Under the pieces are notes generated by a model, which had not been told where the DNA came from, did no database searches, and was given only the letters and a program-made list of their open reading frames with translations. A DNA stretch of 64,000 nucleotides from Desulfurococcales archaeon (GTDB lineage: Archaea > Thermoproteota > Thermoprotei_A > Sulfolobales > Desulfurococcaceae). Positions 20,620-31,175 of the stretch are shown here, one piece after another. The position numbers and the translations under genes are program-made. Where the stretch lies: NCBI GenBank assembly GCA_027022365.1, contig JALVYU010000026.1, forward strand, positions 288,001 to 352,000. Reading direction: 5' to 3'. Every line of letters starts with the position of its first letter. Positions within the stretch are counted from its first letter, which is position 1.

Positions 20620-23600
20620 TTACTTTGTCGGTACTATATACAGTACTACCGGCACATATGCAGGAGCTATTAGTAGGAATGATCTATATCCTAGCATTGT
20701 GTAGCCTACTATGTACTGATAATATCCAGGCAATTCTATCAGCATAACGGCTATCGATGTTTCATTCGCCTTAACTGTGACTGGTATCTTCTGGTAGTTT
20801 CCGAAACCTGTAATAGGTGGCGTCGATACTACTGCGTCGCCCTGCTCAGTTATGGTCATTATCGGTGCATAGCTTAGGGCATAGCTACCCCATATTGTTA
20901 TGTTTGCTTTACCTGTTCCATTGATGACTGGTATTACTACTGCGCCGACCTTCGGATTTATCGATGCACGGATCGGTATTATCTCTACCTGTATGTTCTC
21001 GGGATACTGTTTAGACGCTCCTATCAAGGTGTTTCTAATAACTACCCAGTATGTTCCAAGCACGGGTGTTGGTGCAAACACAGCTGATTGTGTGTCTGAT
21101 GGTGTATCAAAGTGTGTGCCCCATCCGGAACTGCCATGGATGAACCAGCTGAACTTACCAGCTATCACTGAGCCGTAGAAGAATGAAAGCGGCGGTCCTG
21201 CGAGTACGTATGGCGTGTAATAGCCTGCCACGAATAAGTCGATGTTGGTGTTGCTGTCTTTCCACATAACTTTAACGATTAATCCTACAACGCTGGGATC
21301 ATCAACGTCTACTGGGAATATTCTCCAGTCACCGCTCTCGTATCTCCAAGACCAGTCGAAGGGTCCCGCCACGTAGTAGTTATTGTATAACGTCTCGTTA
21401 TGTGTTGAAGTGAGTATTAGTCCTGGTGTGTTCGGTGTAATTGCTGCCTTAACAACTATTGATACCGGTACAAGTACGGGTTTATTGCCTCCACATACGA
21501 TCACGTATCCCTGGTAAATTCCGGGCTTTGCGTCTGATGGTACCTTTACCGTTACAGTCACGTTGCCTGGACTCACTTGTCCTGATGGTAGGGTTATCCA
21601 GTTCCATGGAATCCTAGACGCCTGTATGAGATCTAGTCTGAACGGTATAATGCCGTAGCCGTAGACATAATAGTAGGTATTAGAGAATACTCGTATGTCC
21701 AGCAACAATGATTGCTCGGCGTTCGCTGGTAGTTTTCCTAGGTATTCCTTGAGGTAGCTTAGTATGTTTTCGACCTTCGCATTGGGGTCTCCGAAGGCTA
21801 CGTGCCAGACGTTCGCATAGCGTATATCATAGTTTATACGTGCTGTTTCGTTGAGCTCTATCTTCTTGTCTCCGTTCAAGTCTATCCAATAATGAAGATC
21901 TAATCCCGCGATAATCCATGGCAGGTACTGTCCTTTTCTTCCAAGCGGGTCGTAGACACTATATGGTATGCTTGCAACGAATTCTACGAAGTCCTTGTTC
22001 TCCCACGCCTCCTTATTTACGGGTATCAATATATGAGTTATTGCAGGGTATGATAAATTCAGGTAGAGTACATCACCTTTTACAGCTACCATCAAGTCCT
22101 TCAAAGGCACCGCACCAGCAGGGGTAAACGCTATTGCATCGTTTAGATCAAGATACTTCAGTAGATCCTCTCTCACAGCCTGGTACCTAACAGCCTTCAG
22201 CGTGTATTGGCCTTTACCATTGATGGTCAATGTAATGTTCTTTGTTTCTCCAGGGTATAGCGGCCCAGTGTAGATCTGTGTATCGCCGACAGGCTTGATC
22301 GTCAGGTTCAGGTCGTGGTAGTCCATGTATGGTAGCTCATTGTAAAAAGTATCGTAGCTATAGACTACTGGTACCCCGCCGCTCACTATTGTCTTCACAG
22401 CCGTGTATACGTCTACTTGTCCCGAGCCCTGCGTGAATGGATCATAGCCTAAGTCTTTGGCTGTGCTCTTCAATAATGCTTTAACATATGTTGGTGTTGG
22501 TAGCTTACCGTATTTTTCTAGATAGGCTTGTAGAATCAATGCTATGCTCCCAGCAGTCATTGGTGTTGCTTCGCTTGTTCCTCCGAATAGATCATATGCT
22601 CCCAGCCCGTTTCCTAATCCAAAGTGCCACGGCGCTGGCGCCCATGCGAAGCTACCGATGTTTACTACGTCGGGCTTCGCTACCCCCATATCGGTTGGTC
22701 CGCGGTCACTCCAGCTGACAACCTCTCCTCCAGGTGCTGGTAGGTAGCCGTATAGCGGCCTATAGGCGAAGAGCGTTGATGCTCCTACGCTTATCACCAG
22801 ACTCGCCGCGCCAGGTATTGTAGCGGTGCCGTATCCTGGTCCTCCATTACCCATTGCGAACACTATTATCGTCCCCGTCTCCGATACTAGGTAGTTTACT
22901 AGGAGGCTGTTGGGATCCATTCCTGACGCGAAGCCCACTATGCCTATGTAGCTCATGCCCCAGCTATTGCTTATTATGTTGGCCTTGTGCTCGCCTGTGT
23001 ACTGCCAGTTCCACGGCATGTTGTTGATTGCTGAGAATCCTGACCAGAAGAACTCTGCTGTGAAAGCGTTTATCAGGTATCCTGGAGTCGACGCTATCTT
23101 GGCGTCGGGCGCTATGCCCTTTAGATGGAATACGCCATAGCCTAGGTTGTATGCTACTCTTCCACGGCTGGCTATTACTGATGCGCAGCTGGTACCGTGT
23201 CCTAGCCAGTCATAGGCTATGTCAACATAGTTGCCATTGGTATCTAGTCCTGGCAGTATGACCGCGTTGAACTCCCAGTCCTTGTCCCACCCGTATTCCT
23301 TGGTGTAGCCTGTTAGTATTCCTAGCCAGTCGTACACCCATCCAGCCAGTTCTCCAGCGCTGAAGTCATTCACGCCGTCGCCGTTGAAGTCGCGTGCCAT
23401 GACCTCTTGGCCGTAGTAGGCCGGTTTTTCATCAGCGAAGCTATAGTCTTCCCATGCCGGGTTAGGTGCTGGGGCTATGCCTGCCTCGTGTAGAACATAC
23501 ATTATGTAATAGTATGTTGTTGATAGGTCGGCGTAGACAGTGTCGTATTTACCATCATCATTGGTGTCGGCTAGTATAATGGGTATAGTGTACTGTAGTA

Positions 23601-24576
23601 TTCCTGACGCTCCGTAGTGCGGGTATACTGTTTGTACAGCTATTCCAAACTTGAACACGTTGTCCTTGCTATGTATGTTTCCTACATAGAATGTGCTTAG
23701 GGGAAACGAAGCCGAATATACATGGCCGGAGGGCGATATGTAGAGCACCCATCCATAATCTGTTTCACCTATTGTTCCAGGCCAGCTGAAGAAGGTTACC
23801 GGCAACTGTACTTTCAGTGTCCCATTATCATCGATTGCTTGGCTCAGTGTCAGGGTTAGCCCTAGCTCATCGGCATCAAAGATCATGGGTACTCCATTAG
23901 ATGTCCTAGCTATAGCATCCACACCTAGATCAGATATACCAAAATCAACGCCAGTATCGACAACGGCTACCGTTATCCCTTTACCAGTAATGTTGTACCG
24001 GCTCCATACTTGAGCCGCTCCTATAGTCTTTACAGCTGCATAGAGTGTCGGCTCCGCCCTGCCAATGCCTGGCAACCCAGAAGTTTGCGGATGAACCTTA
24101 GCCTCCTCGAGTATTTGTTTTACCGGGGACTCCTCCGCCATTATCTTGAAAACGTAGGGTGTTTTGGCAAGAGCTACGACGTCATTGTATGTGGCCCAGG
24201 CCTCTATGTACCAGTACTGGGGCAACTTATAAGCGAATATTATGCCCTTTGTATGTTTCTTAATGAAACCTATATCGATGATCGGGGAGGCTATGATGAT
24301 GACTTTGGCTTGACCTGGCCTCGCCTTCGCGATAATACTGGTCATGGGGGGCTCCGTAGGCTGTTTTAGAGGTATGTTTAATTTAGCGAAGAAGCTCTCT
24401 GTATAGAATGATTTGTCCAGCAATTGTGGAGAGAGCTTTGACATCCACGGCTTGTATGATAACTCGTTATTGGTCTGAACAGCGTATGTCATTGTGAACG
24501 GTGTTAGAGCTGGCATGAGAAGTATTGCGACGAATACTAGTATTAGAGGAATATACCATTTATTCATAGGAGTCAC
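20620..24576 (-). CDS. secreted S8 subtilase, pyrolysin/STABLE-like surface protease
   Basis: Signal peptide; catalytic VVDTG, GHGTSCAS and GGTSEATP; oxyanion GNGGP; long insertion between the catalytic Asp and His. Confidence 0.92.
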   Translation of the reverse strand: MTPMNKWYIPLILVFVAILLMPALTPFTMTYAVQTNNELSYKPWMSKLSPQLLDKSFYTESFFAKLNIPLKQPTEPPMTSIIAKARPGQAKVIIIASPIIDIGFIKKHTKGIIFAYKLPQYWYIEAWATYNDVVALAKTPYVFKIMAEESPVKQILEEAKVHPQTSGLPGIGRAEPTLYAAVKTIGAAQVWSRYNITGKGITVAVVDTGVDFGISDLGVDAIARTSNGVPMIFDADELGLTLTLSQAIDDNGTLKVQLPVTFFSWPGTIGETDYGWVLYISPSGHVYSASFPLSTFYVGNIHSKDNVFKFGIAVQTVYPHYGASGILQYTIPIILADTNDDGKYDTVYADLSTTYYYIMYVLHEAGIAPAPNPAWEDYSFADEKPAYYGQEVMARDFNGDGVNDFSAGELAGWVYDWLGILTGYTKEYGWDKDWEFNAVILPGLDTNGNYVDIAYDWLGHGTSCASVIASRGRVAYNLGYGVFHLKGIAPDAKIASTPGYLINAFTAEFFWSGFSAINNMPWNWQYTGEHKANIISNSWGMSYIGIVGFASGMDPNSLLVNYLVSETGTIIVFAMGNGGPGYGTATIPGAASLVISVGASTLFAYRPLYGYLPAPGGEVVSWSDRGPTDMGVAKPDVVNIGSFAWAPAPWHFGLGNGLGAYDLFGGTSEATPMTAGSIALILQAYLEKYGKLPTPTYVKALLKSTAKDLGYDPFTQGSGQVDVYTAVKTIVSGGVPVVYSYDTFYNELPYMDYHDLNLTIKPVGDTQIYTGPLYPGETKNITLTINGKGQYTLKAVRYQAVREDLLKYLDLNDAIAFTPAGAVPLKDLMVAVKGDVLYLNLSYPAITHILIPVNKEAWENKDFVEFVASIPYSVYDPLGRKGQYLPWIIAGLDLHYWIDLNGDKKIELNETARINYDIRYANVWHVAFGDPNAKVENILSYLKEYLGKLPANAEQSLLLDIRVFSNTYYYVYGYGIIPFRLDLIQASRIPWNWITLPSGQVSPGNVTVTVKVPSDAKPGIYQGYVIVCGGNKPVLVPVSIVVKAAITPNTPGLILTSTHNETLYNNYYVAGPFDWSWRYESGDWRIFPVDVDDPSVVGLIVKVMWKDSNTNIDLFVAGYYTPYVLAGPPLSFFYGSVIAGKFSWFIHGSSGWGTHFDTPSDTQSAVFAPTPVLGTYWVVIRNTLIGASKQYPENIQVEIIPIRASINPKVGAVVIPVINGTGKANITIWGSYALSYAPIMTITEQGDAVVSTPPITGFGNYQKIPVTVKANETSIAVMLIELPGYYQYIVGYTMLGYRSFLLIAPAYVPVVLYIVPTK

Positions 24577-24798
24577 CCTACAATCTGGGCTTGATTTAGA
24601 CCAAACTATTTTTCTAGCTATCGTATTATTTAAAATTGTACCACTACTGTGGGTAAATACCTAGCTAAATCTTCGCTTTTCGAAACAGTCTAAAAACAAG
24701 CACGGGTACTAGTAGCTACAAACTTTATAGGATAGAGAGTATTTGGTTAGGAAAAAACATTTATTTATGAAACTATGGGGTTAATTTGTACCATTGCG

Positions 24799-27387
24799 TT
24801 ACTCTTTCTTCTTGTATATTCCGTAACCGCTAACGGCGATCGCGATGATTATAAGTATTATACTGATTATTCCGTAAGTTGATACTGTACCGCTAATACC
24901 ATCCACTGCCTTCTTTAGGTCTGAGTTCTGGCTGCTTATGTAGCTCTTGATGTCGTTGGCTGTTGACTCGATCTTGCTGGCCAGACTGCTGGCGGTGTTC
25001 TTTATGTCCTGTAGGTTGCTCTTTATGTCGGTCACGGTGCTCTGTACATTGGATACAGTGCTCTGCACGTTGCTGAGCATTGACTTGAGGTCATCCAGCG
25101 TTGATGCCAGCTGGTCTAGCTTACTGGAGACGCTACTTACTGATCCGCTGATGCTTCCTAGCTGGCTCTTTATCTCGTCGATCTTTGATAGTAGGGTCTG
25201 CGTGTCTACCTTTAGCCCGCTCTTGATCAGCTGTTCTAGCGCGTTGAGGTTCGCGGTGATGTTGCCTGCCGCTGTCTGTATTACGCCCTCTATCTCGCCC
25301 GACTTGGTTATGATTAGGTCCTTGAGCTCGGCGTTGCTGCTCTTGAGAGCTTGTAGTGTGGTCTGTATTTCGCCTACTGCAGTCTTAAGCTCTACTGTGT
25401 CTCCCTTAATCGATACTATCGTGGCGTTGAGCTCATTGAGCTTTGTACAGAGCCTCGCGATCACCTCGTTGTTCTTCTCAATGATCAGTGTTGCTAGTGT
25501 GTTGTTAATGCTCTGTAGCTTCAGAGTTATGTCGTCGCCCAGACTCGTGATCAGGGCCTTTAGGTCGTTAATGCCGACTACTACGTCGTTGAGCTGACTG
25601 CTCAGACCATTAACGGCGTTCAGCACGTCCTCAAGGGTTGGCCCTGATACTGTGAAGGTAGCGTACAGCTGTGGGGTTGTCACGTTTGGTGTTGCCCAGT
25701 ACTCATAATATACTGCTACTACGTGTAGCCCGGGCTTCAGCCCGGTCGCTGGCACAGTTACCTCTAGGCTACCGCATGGACCTGCCTCGAAGCCCCATAA
25801 CAGCGTGCCCTGATCAAGCATTATGTCGTAGTAGCCAGTCTCGTTCAGTCCCGTCGCATATATTGTGAGGAACTCCTGCCCCTCAGTTATAACCGAGGGC
25901 TCCACCCACACCTTAGCCTCTACGAAGAACGTCGTGTTACCGGCGTCGAAGGTTGCCCAGTTGCCATACTTATCGGCTGCGTAGACCACGTGTTCGCCCC
26001 AAGTTGCTCCTGGTATGGTAACTGTCACGTTCATGTTCGGGGCTGTTATGGTTGTGTTGGCTAGGAGCTCTGGGCACCCGCCCTCGAACCAGATCGTCAC
26101 TGTATCGTTTACGAAGTCGTCGAATCTGTGGAGTGTAACTATTGCTTGGCTACCAACGTATCCCTTCTCGGGCGATATAGTTATCCATGGGGTTATCTTG
26201 ACGTATACCTTAAACGACACAACGACGTCTCCATCACTGATGTTTAGCCAGTAATAGTCACTGTGAGGTATGCTTGTCGGTATTGTTATGGTTAGATTCG
26301 TGTAGTTGCCCTCAGGGCCAAGCGGGACATTTGATGCGAGTACAGCACTGTATCCCAGCGTCTCGTTGGACAGGGTTATTGTTACTGAGCCCTCGTAGAC
26401 GAAGTACTCGAGACTGATGTTGTACTCCCTGTCAATCTTATACCATGGAGCAGTATTGTCGCCGAGGACTGCGCCGTTCGCAGGAGTCTCTGAACCGAGC
26501 TCGCCGTAGAGAGTCACCGTCCTATTTAGCTCGAGGAACTCGAATGATGCGAGGATGTCTGTTCCCTGGGTTACATTGAACCATATGTTGGTAGCGTTGT
26601 CGCCGGGCAGTAGTCCTAGGTCAGTGGCAGGGAAGGTGTATTCTATGCCTGTCCAGTTCCATGCGGGGTTATAGTCCTGTGCAGCGATAGTGTTTACCTG
26701 TGATGGTATGTTCTCGGCGATCAGGCCCGACTTCCCGGTGGCATTCCACGTTATGTTGTACTCTGCGCCGACCGAGGTCGCATATGCACATATGGTTATC
26801 GGCTGCTTGGGCACTATGCTTGTCCCATTATCTGGGTTAACGCAGAATACTGGTGTTACCGTGAAGTTGTTTACTGAGACAGCTACGTCGGAGGAGGGTA
26901 TGTTGGGCCTTAGGGCGGGATTGACGTCGGTTACCTTTATCCAGTAGACTACGTCTCCTTCGAACTGCTTTGGTATGTTAAATACTACTGTGCCATTACC
27001 GAGTTTGACGTTGATTGTGCCTCCGCCGAAGGTTCCTGAGACTTGCACCGTTGACTCGGAAAGCGTGGGTGTTACATTATATATCTGATAGACATTGATT
27101 GGCCCTATATACCATGCATCGCTTGGGGTTATCACTGCTGATCCGTCTGTTGAGAACCATATCCAGATCTGTGCTCCGCTAATGACCATTCCAGTTAGGT
27201 TTAACGCTATTTCTGCGCCCGCGGGTATATGTAGCTGTGTAGCGTTGCTTCCATTGTAGTATATTACCGGCCTTCCAACTATGGTTGCGTAGGTTATCGT
27301 ATTGAGTGTTGTGAATGGGATTGCTATCCCGAGTATCATTAATGCCATGAAGATTATTCCGAGTGTTCTCCTATTCATAATTGTCAC
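24799..27387 (-). CDS. S-layer glycoprotein, tetrabrachion-like (beta-rich head, coiled-coil stalk, C-terminal membrane anchor)
   Basis: Signal peptide, many N-x-S/T sequons, about 255-aa coiled coil with 11- and 7-residue repeats, C-terminal TM helix followed by KKKE; adjacent to the subtilase. Confidence 0.8.
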   Translation of the reverse strand: MTIMNRRTLGIIFMALMILGIAIPFTTLNTITYATIVGRPVIYYNGSNATQLHIPAGAEIALNLTGMVISGAQIWIWFSTDGSAVITPSDAWYIGPINVYQIYNVTPTLSESTVQVSGTFGGGTINVKLGNGTVVFNIPKQFEGDVVYWIKVTDVNPALRPNIPSSDVAVSVNNFTVTPVFCVNPDNGTSIVPKQPITICAYATSVGAEYNITWNATGKSGLIAENIPSQVNTIAAQDYNPAWNWTGIEYTFPATDLGLLPGDNATNIWFNVTQGTDILASFEFLELNRTVTLYGELGSETPANGAVLGDNTAPWYKIDREYNISLEYFVYEGSVTITLSNETLGYSAVLASNVPLGPEGNYTNLTITIPTSIPHSDYYWLNISDGDVVVSFKVYVKITPWITISPEKGYVGSQAIVTLHRFDDFVNDTVTIWFEGGCPELLANTTITAPNMNVTVTIPGATWGEHVVYAADKYGNWATFDAGNTTFFVEAKVWVEPSVITEGQEFLTIYATGLNETGYYDIMLDQGTLLWGFEAGPCGSLEVTVPATGLKPGLHVVAVYYEYWATPNVTTPQLYATFTVSGPTLEDVLNAVNGLSSQLNDVVVGINDLKALITSLGDDITLKLQSINNTLATLIIEKNNEVIARLCTKLNELNATIVSIKGDTVELKTAVGEIQTTLQALKSSNAELKDLIITKSGEIEGVIQTAAGNITANLNALEQLIKSGLKVDTQTLLSKIDEIKSQLGSISGSVSSVSSKLDQLASTLDDLKSMLSNVQSTVSNVQSTVTDIKSNLQDIKNTASSLASKIESTANDIKSYISSQNSDLKKAVDGISGTVSTYGIISIILIIIAIAVSGYGIYKKKE

Positions 27388-27517
27388 CTAGCCTAATCTT
27401 GTCTTAGCCGTAGGATGGATATTTATCGGGTCTATATTTAAGTAATACTGCCCATGATCTACATGATCATACCCCGGTTTTCCCGGGGGTTAGGGGGGTA
27501 TTACCGGGGTGTTTGTA

Positions 27518-29467
27518 TTATATTATTCTGACTATTAACGGGTCTACATAGAGGATGTTGTCATTTGGGGAGAGTGGAACTATTAGGTAGTATCCCGGGG
27601 GCAGTATTATTGTGGCGTTATTTATGCCGGGCCTCATTGTCAGGTAATAGTCTGAAGTTTTGCTCAGTATTTCTGGCTCGTAATACATTGTCAGGGGCTC
27701 TCCCTGTTCTTTAAGGTTAAGTGGTATTATTGAGAGAACTATGGTTTTGTTAAAGGGATTATGTATTTCAATGGTTGTACCGTTGTATATCGTTGCTACT
27801 AGATACTGCCATGTGTAGCCAGCATTTATACCGATTTGGTTGTAGTAGTGCGGCATTATGATTAGGAGAGTCCTTCTCGATGGAAATTGTTGTAGAACTA
27901 GTACGTCGGGGAAGAGTGTAATGTAGAGGGCCGAGCTAGATAGACTTGTCCCTCCGATTACTCTGAATACCTGGTATTGGAATGGGCTAGAACGTGTCGT
28001 TATAACGTTTATCTTTAGTATACTACGCCATTGAAGGAGCCATTGTGGTATACTTGGTTTTACCGCTACTGTGTAGTTGGTTTTGACATAGATCGGACTG
28101 GTAGAAGGTGTTATTTTCCTAAAGACGGTGTTCTTCCCATAGCTTATAATCAGGAGCGGATCTTCTTTGTAATAACTCGTTAATTTAAATAGATTAAAGA
28201 GAGCTTTGGCGTAGTTGTCGCTATTAGGTGTTGAAACCCCAATACGCCATCTCTGTATCGTAATATAGTCCGAATCTATCCCTATAAGGGCCGGCTTTGG
28301 ATCCCAACTTATAAACTCTATTGATGTAATGTTTAGATCTACTGTAATATTGATCTCTGTTGGTGCGCCCCACACGTTTTTGATGTATCTCCCGTAGCCG
28401 AGCACTATCATTCCATCGCTACTAATATTGCCTATTATGCTACCATTAATTGTGAGGTAAGTGATCTTGTTGAGTCCTACTTGTTTAACATACTGCTTAC
28501 CGCGGAGATTAATACTCGTGTTGGCATCCGGCGCTAATGCCAGGGGGGTGTTCAAGTATTGGTTATTAATCTTTACCAGGTAGCCTCCAAGATTTACTGG
28601 TGTTGGAGCCATTGATTGCTGTACCTTTATTGTGCCGTTGAAAAGTATGTTGGTCGATACTGAAGAGTTAATGAGTATTCCTACGGCTGAGAACAGGTAA
28701 ACTGATGAGAATGTCGTATAGATAGCATAAACGTTTATAGGGTAGCCTCGTACAGTTATTGTCGCTAGTTTTGCAATACCATTGTTTTCTAGAATCTGGC
28801 TCCTGGTTACGGGATAGGTTATGGTGAAGTTTGGAGTTATTAGTCTAGTTACTTGTAATTTTATTCTGAGAGGTAATGTTGTAAGATTCACATCTGTCAT
28901 GGTTATGGTTGAGTTAACGCTATTTATTATCACTGTATTATTGATGAGAACAGGACTGAATCCTGCCGTGCCAATCATAGTGGGAGTGCCCATTCTTTGT
29001 ATTTCATTTATGAGGTTTTGATCAATATATGTTGTGTTAGGTACTATGTTATTGTTTATGAGCCAGGGGTCTTTCATCGGGTTATAGTATATTGTTATGC
29101 CCGGGTCGACTATTATTCCTGCCTTGAATGGATGTGTATAATCCGTTACAGGTAGTTTAATATACGTGGTATTGACTACGTAGCGGTTTAATTGTATAAA
29201 CGAGATCGTGCCATTCATATAGTCGATGAATACATATCGGATCTTAATCGGCTCGATCACCTGTACTACTAGGTAGAGCAAGTTATTAGTATAGGTAATA
29301 TCTAGCACAGGCTTATTAGATATTTTATCGAGTTTCCTAATATTATCGTGCATGGCCTTATTAGACTGATTTATTTCATTATTGATCATCTGATACGAAG
29401 CTATCAGTATTGCTGTGAATATTAATATTAGTACAAATGATGCATATACCGTGCCCAGAGCCTTCAT
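27518..29467 (-). CDS. large secreted protein with a class III (pilin-type) signal-peptide-like N-terminus
   Basis: MKA|LGTVYASFVLILIF N-terminus; Asn/Thr/Ile-rich with many sequons. Confidence 0.65.
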   Translation of the reverse strand: MKALGTVYASFVLILIFTAILIASYQMINNEINQSNKAMHDNIRKLDKISNKPVLDITYTNNLLYLVVQVIEPIKIRYVFIDYMNGTISFIQLNRYVVNTTYIKLPVTDYTHPFKAGIIVDPGITIYYNPMKDPWLINNNIVPNTTYIDQNLINEIQRMGTPTMIGTAGFSPVLINNTVIINSVNSTITMTDVNLTTLPLRIKLQVTRLITPNFTITYPVTRSQILENNGIAKLATITVRGYPINVYAIYTTFSSVYLFSAVGILINSSVSTNILFNGTIKVQQSMAPTPVNLGGYLVKINNQYLNTPLALAPDANTSINLRGKQYVKQVGLNKITYLTINGSIIGNISSDGMIVLGYGRYIKNVWGAPTEINITVDLNITSIEFISWDPKPALIGIDSDYITIQRWRIGVSTPNSDNYAKALFNLFKLTSYYKEDPLLIISYGKNTVFRKITPSTSPIYVKTNYTVAVKPSIPQWLLQWRSILKINVITTRSSPFQYQVFRVIGGTSLSSSALYITLFPDVLVLQQFPSRRTLLIIMPHYYNQIGINAGYTWQYLVATIYNGTTIEIHNPFNKTIVLSIIPLNLKEQGEPLTMYYEPEILSKTSDYYLTMRPGINNATIILPPGYYLIVPLSPNDNILYVDPLIVRII

Positions 29468-29817
29468 GGCCTAACCACCAAAATACACCTGTTTCTCATA
29501 ACAAGGATAGCCACAGGATCACCGGCGTGTATTCTGAAGATGGAGTCGTGTGGGACAACAGTTGTATTTATCCATTTATCGCCGTTGAGGACCTCAATGG
29601 GTGACTGTAGCTGGATTTTTGGGCCCGAATTATAGAGGTATATATATTCATTTGAGTAATCTATGTAGTTAATACTGTAGCCTACTTCACATGAATTACT
29701 AACTAATCCCTGTACTGTATTTTTCATATGCATCGAATACATCGCTACTATTCCCATCCCGATCACTGATAGCAGTAGTAATATTAGTGCTGACATATAC
29801 TGAGATAACCCTTTCAT
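29464..29817 (-). CDS. putative type IV pilin-like protein
   Basis: MKG|LSQYMSALILLLLSVIG class III signal peptide; IYLYNSG motif. Confidence 0.7.
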   Translation of the reverse strand: MKGLSQYMSALILLLLSVIGMGIVAMYSMHMKNTVQGLVSNSCEVGYSINYIDYSNEYIYLYNSGPKIQLQSPIEVLNGDKWINTTVVPHDSIFRIHAGDPVAILVMRNRCILVVRP

Positions 29818-29905
29818 CGTCTCCCCTAGGATATATGGGAAGGATTAATTTAGGAGGGCTAAACGAAAATATTCGGTCTAATATCGTTTTCATAAGTCAG
29901 GAGGC

Positions 29906-31096
29906 TCACGATTTTGATCTAGTGCGACGCCAGGCCATGACTATGAGGATAACGCCGCTGATCAGGGATGCTATTGGTAGAAGCACGAGGTACCATTCAC
30001 CGCTTCTCGTATAACCATACAATGCTACGAACAAAGTGCCCGAAGCTGTGCCTCCTACAAGGAGCTCATTACCAGTTAGCCTTACTGTTGTCACAATTAT
30101 TGAGGCCCTCGATGAAATAATTATTCGCGTTGATATATGGCCTTTTCTAAGCTGGGATATGCTTGTAAGTAAGACCACTCCTTTCTTAGGATAACTACCA
30201 TAGTATCCCCCAAGAACTACTGTTCTATTTTCATTAATATCAAATGCTGTCAAATTAAGGCCAGGGTAATCTCTCGATAAGAAGTTCAAGTAGGTCGTTA
30301 GAATAGATCCTGTACGAGTATCGACCTGATAGAGCACGGGCGCCGGATTGTATGCCAGAATATATGCTTCGTATCCACTCGTTCTTAATCCTACAACGCG
30401 GATTTCCCCCAATGTACGATTCCATAGAATTCTGCCATTGTAGTTGATCATTCCTATGAATACATCCTTACCGCTCATGCTTAGATATATTACTCCAAGA
30501 TCGTTGTGGGTGAGCATTAAGATCGAGTCAACCTCTCTTCCTCCCCATATCTTCGTCCACTCATTCTTTCCGCTAAATATATCTGTGAACATGATAAAGT
30601 TCTGTAGCTTAAGCCCCGCGACGTACCGGGCGCCACCGATAACTGCGTATCTGGGCAATAGATCGTTTGAGAATATCCAATAGATACTAGAGAGGTTTAT
30701 TGATTTATTATCGATCAATGCACCATTCAGCGGGCTATATGTTCGGAGCAATAATATGTGTCTATTAGTGGTTGTCGCTGCTGTAACTATGTGATCATAC
30801 TGATAAAATATACCCAGGGGGATTAGGTCTTTATAACCCCATGTTATTCGCCAATGCAGATTGCCGTTACTACTTAGTTTATAAAGTGCAATATCGCCTG
30901 AGGTGGTGCTCGATAATATGTATACTCGCCCATTATATGGAAATAGATCTATAGGGGTATCGCCATATACACCAGTATACATATATTCTTGTTTTAGCCT
31001 CAAAGAGTATGCTTCAGTATAGGTCATATATGCTAGTATTGATGATAGTATCATGATTATAAGCCCTACTAGTACGAAGACCTTTGGATTAACCAA
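29906..31096 (-). CDS. membrane-anchored extracellular protein, probable beta-propeller
   Basis: N- and C-terminal TM helices; repeated G.(L/I).W..(T/I)WG blade-like motifs. Confidence 0.65.
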   Translation of the reverse strand: MVNPKVFVLVGLIIMILSSILAYMTYTEAYSLRLKQEYMYTGVYGDTPIDLFPYNGRVYILSSTTSGDIALYKLSSNGNLHWRITWGYKDLIPLGIFYQYDHIVTAATTTNRHILLLRTYSPLNGALIDNKSINLSSIYWIFSNDLLPRYAVIGGARYVAGLKLQNFIMFTDIFSGKNEWTKIWGGREVDSILMLTHNDLGVIYLSMSGKDVFIGMINYNGRILWNRTLGEIRVVGLRTSGYEAYILAYNPAPVLYQVDTRTGSILTTYLNFLSRDYPGLNLTAFDINENRTVVLGGYYGSYPKKGVVLLTSISQLRKGHISTRIIISSRASIIVTTVRLTGNELLVGGTASGTLFVALYGYTRSGEWYLVLLPIASLISGVILIVMAWRRTRSKS

Positions 31097-31175
31097 TTAT
31101 TATATCCCCCTACTAAGCAAGTAATGTTTACTTAAACTATTATCTTGCTTATATTTTGTAATCAATATATCTAGG

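Noticed and set aside
25030-25085. Short imperfect tandem DNA repeat
   Set aside because: It encodes the heptad repeat SNVQSTV of the S-layer stalk and is not an independent repeat element.
24947-25597. 216-aa plus-strand ORF and many other antisense ORFs (e.g. 258..848, 43679..44185, 57234..57752)
   Set aside because: Shadows of well-supported genes on the opposite strand, with no motifs of their own.
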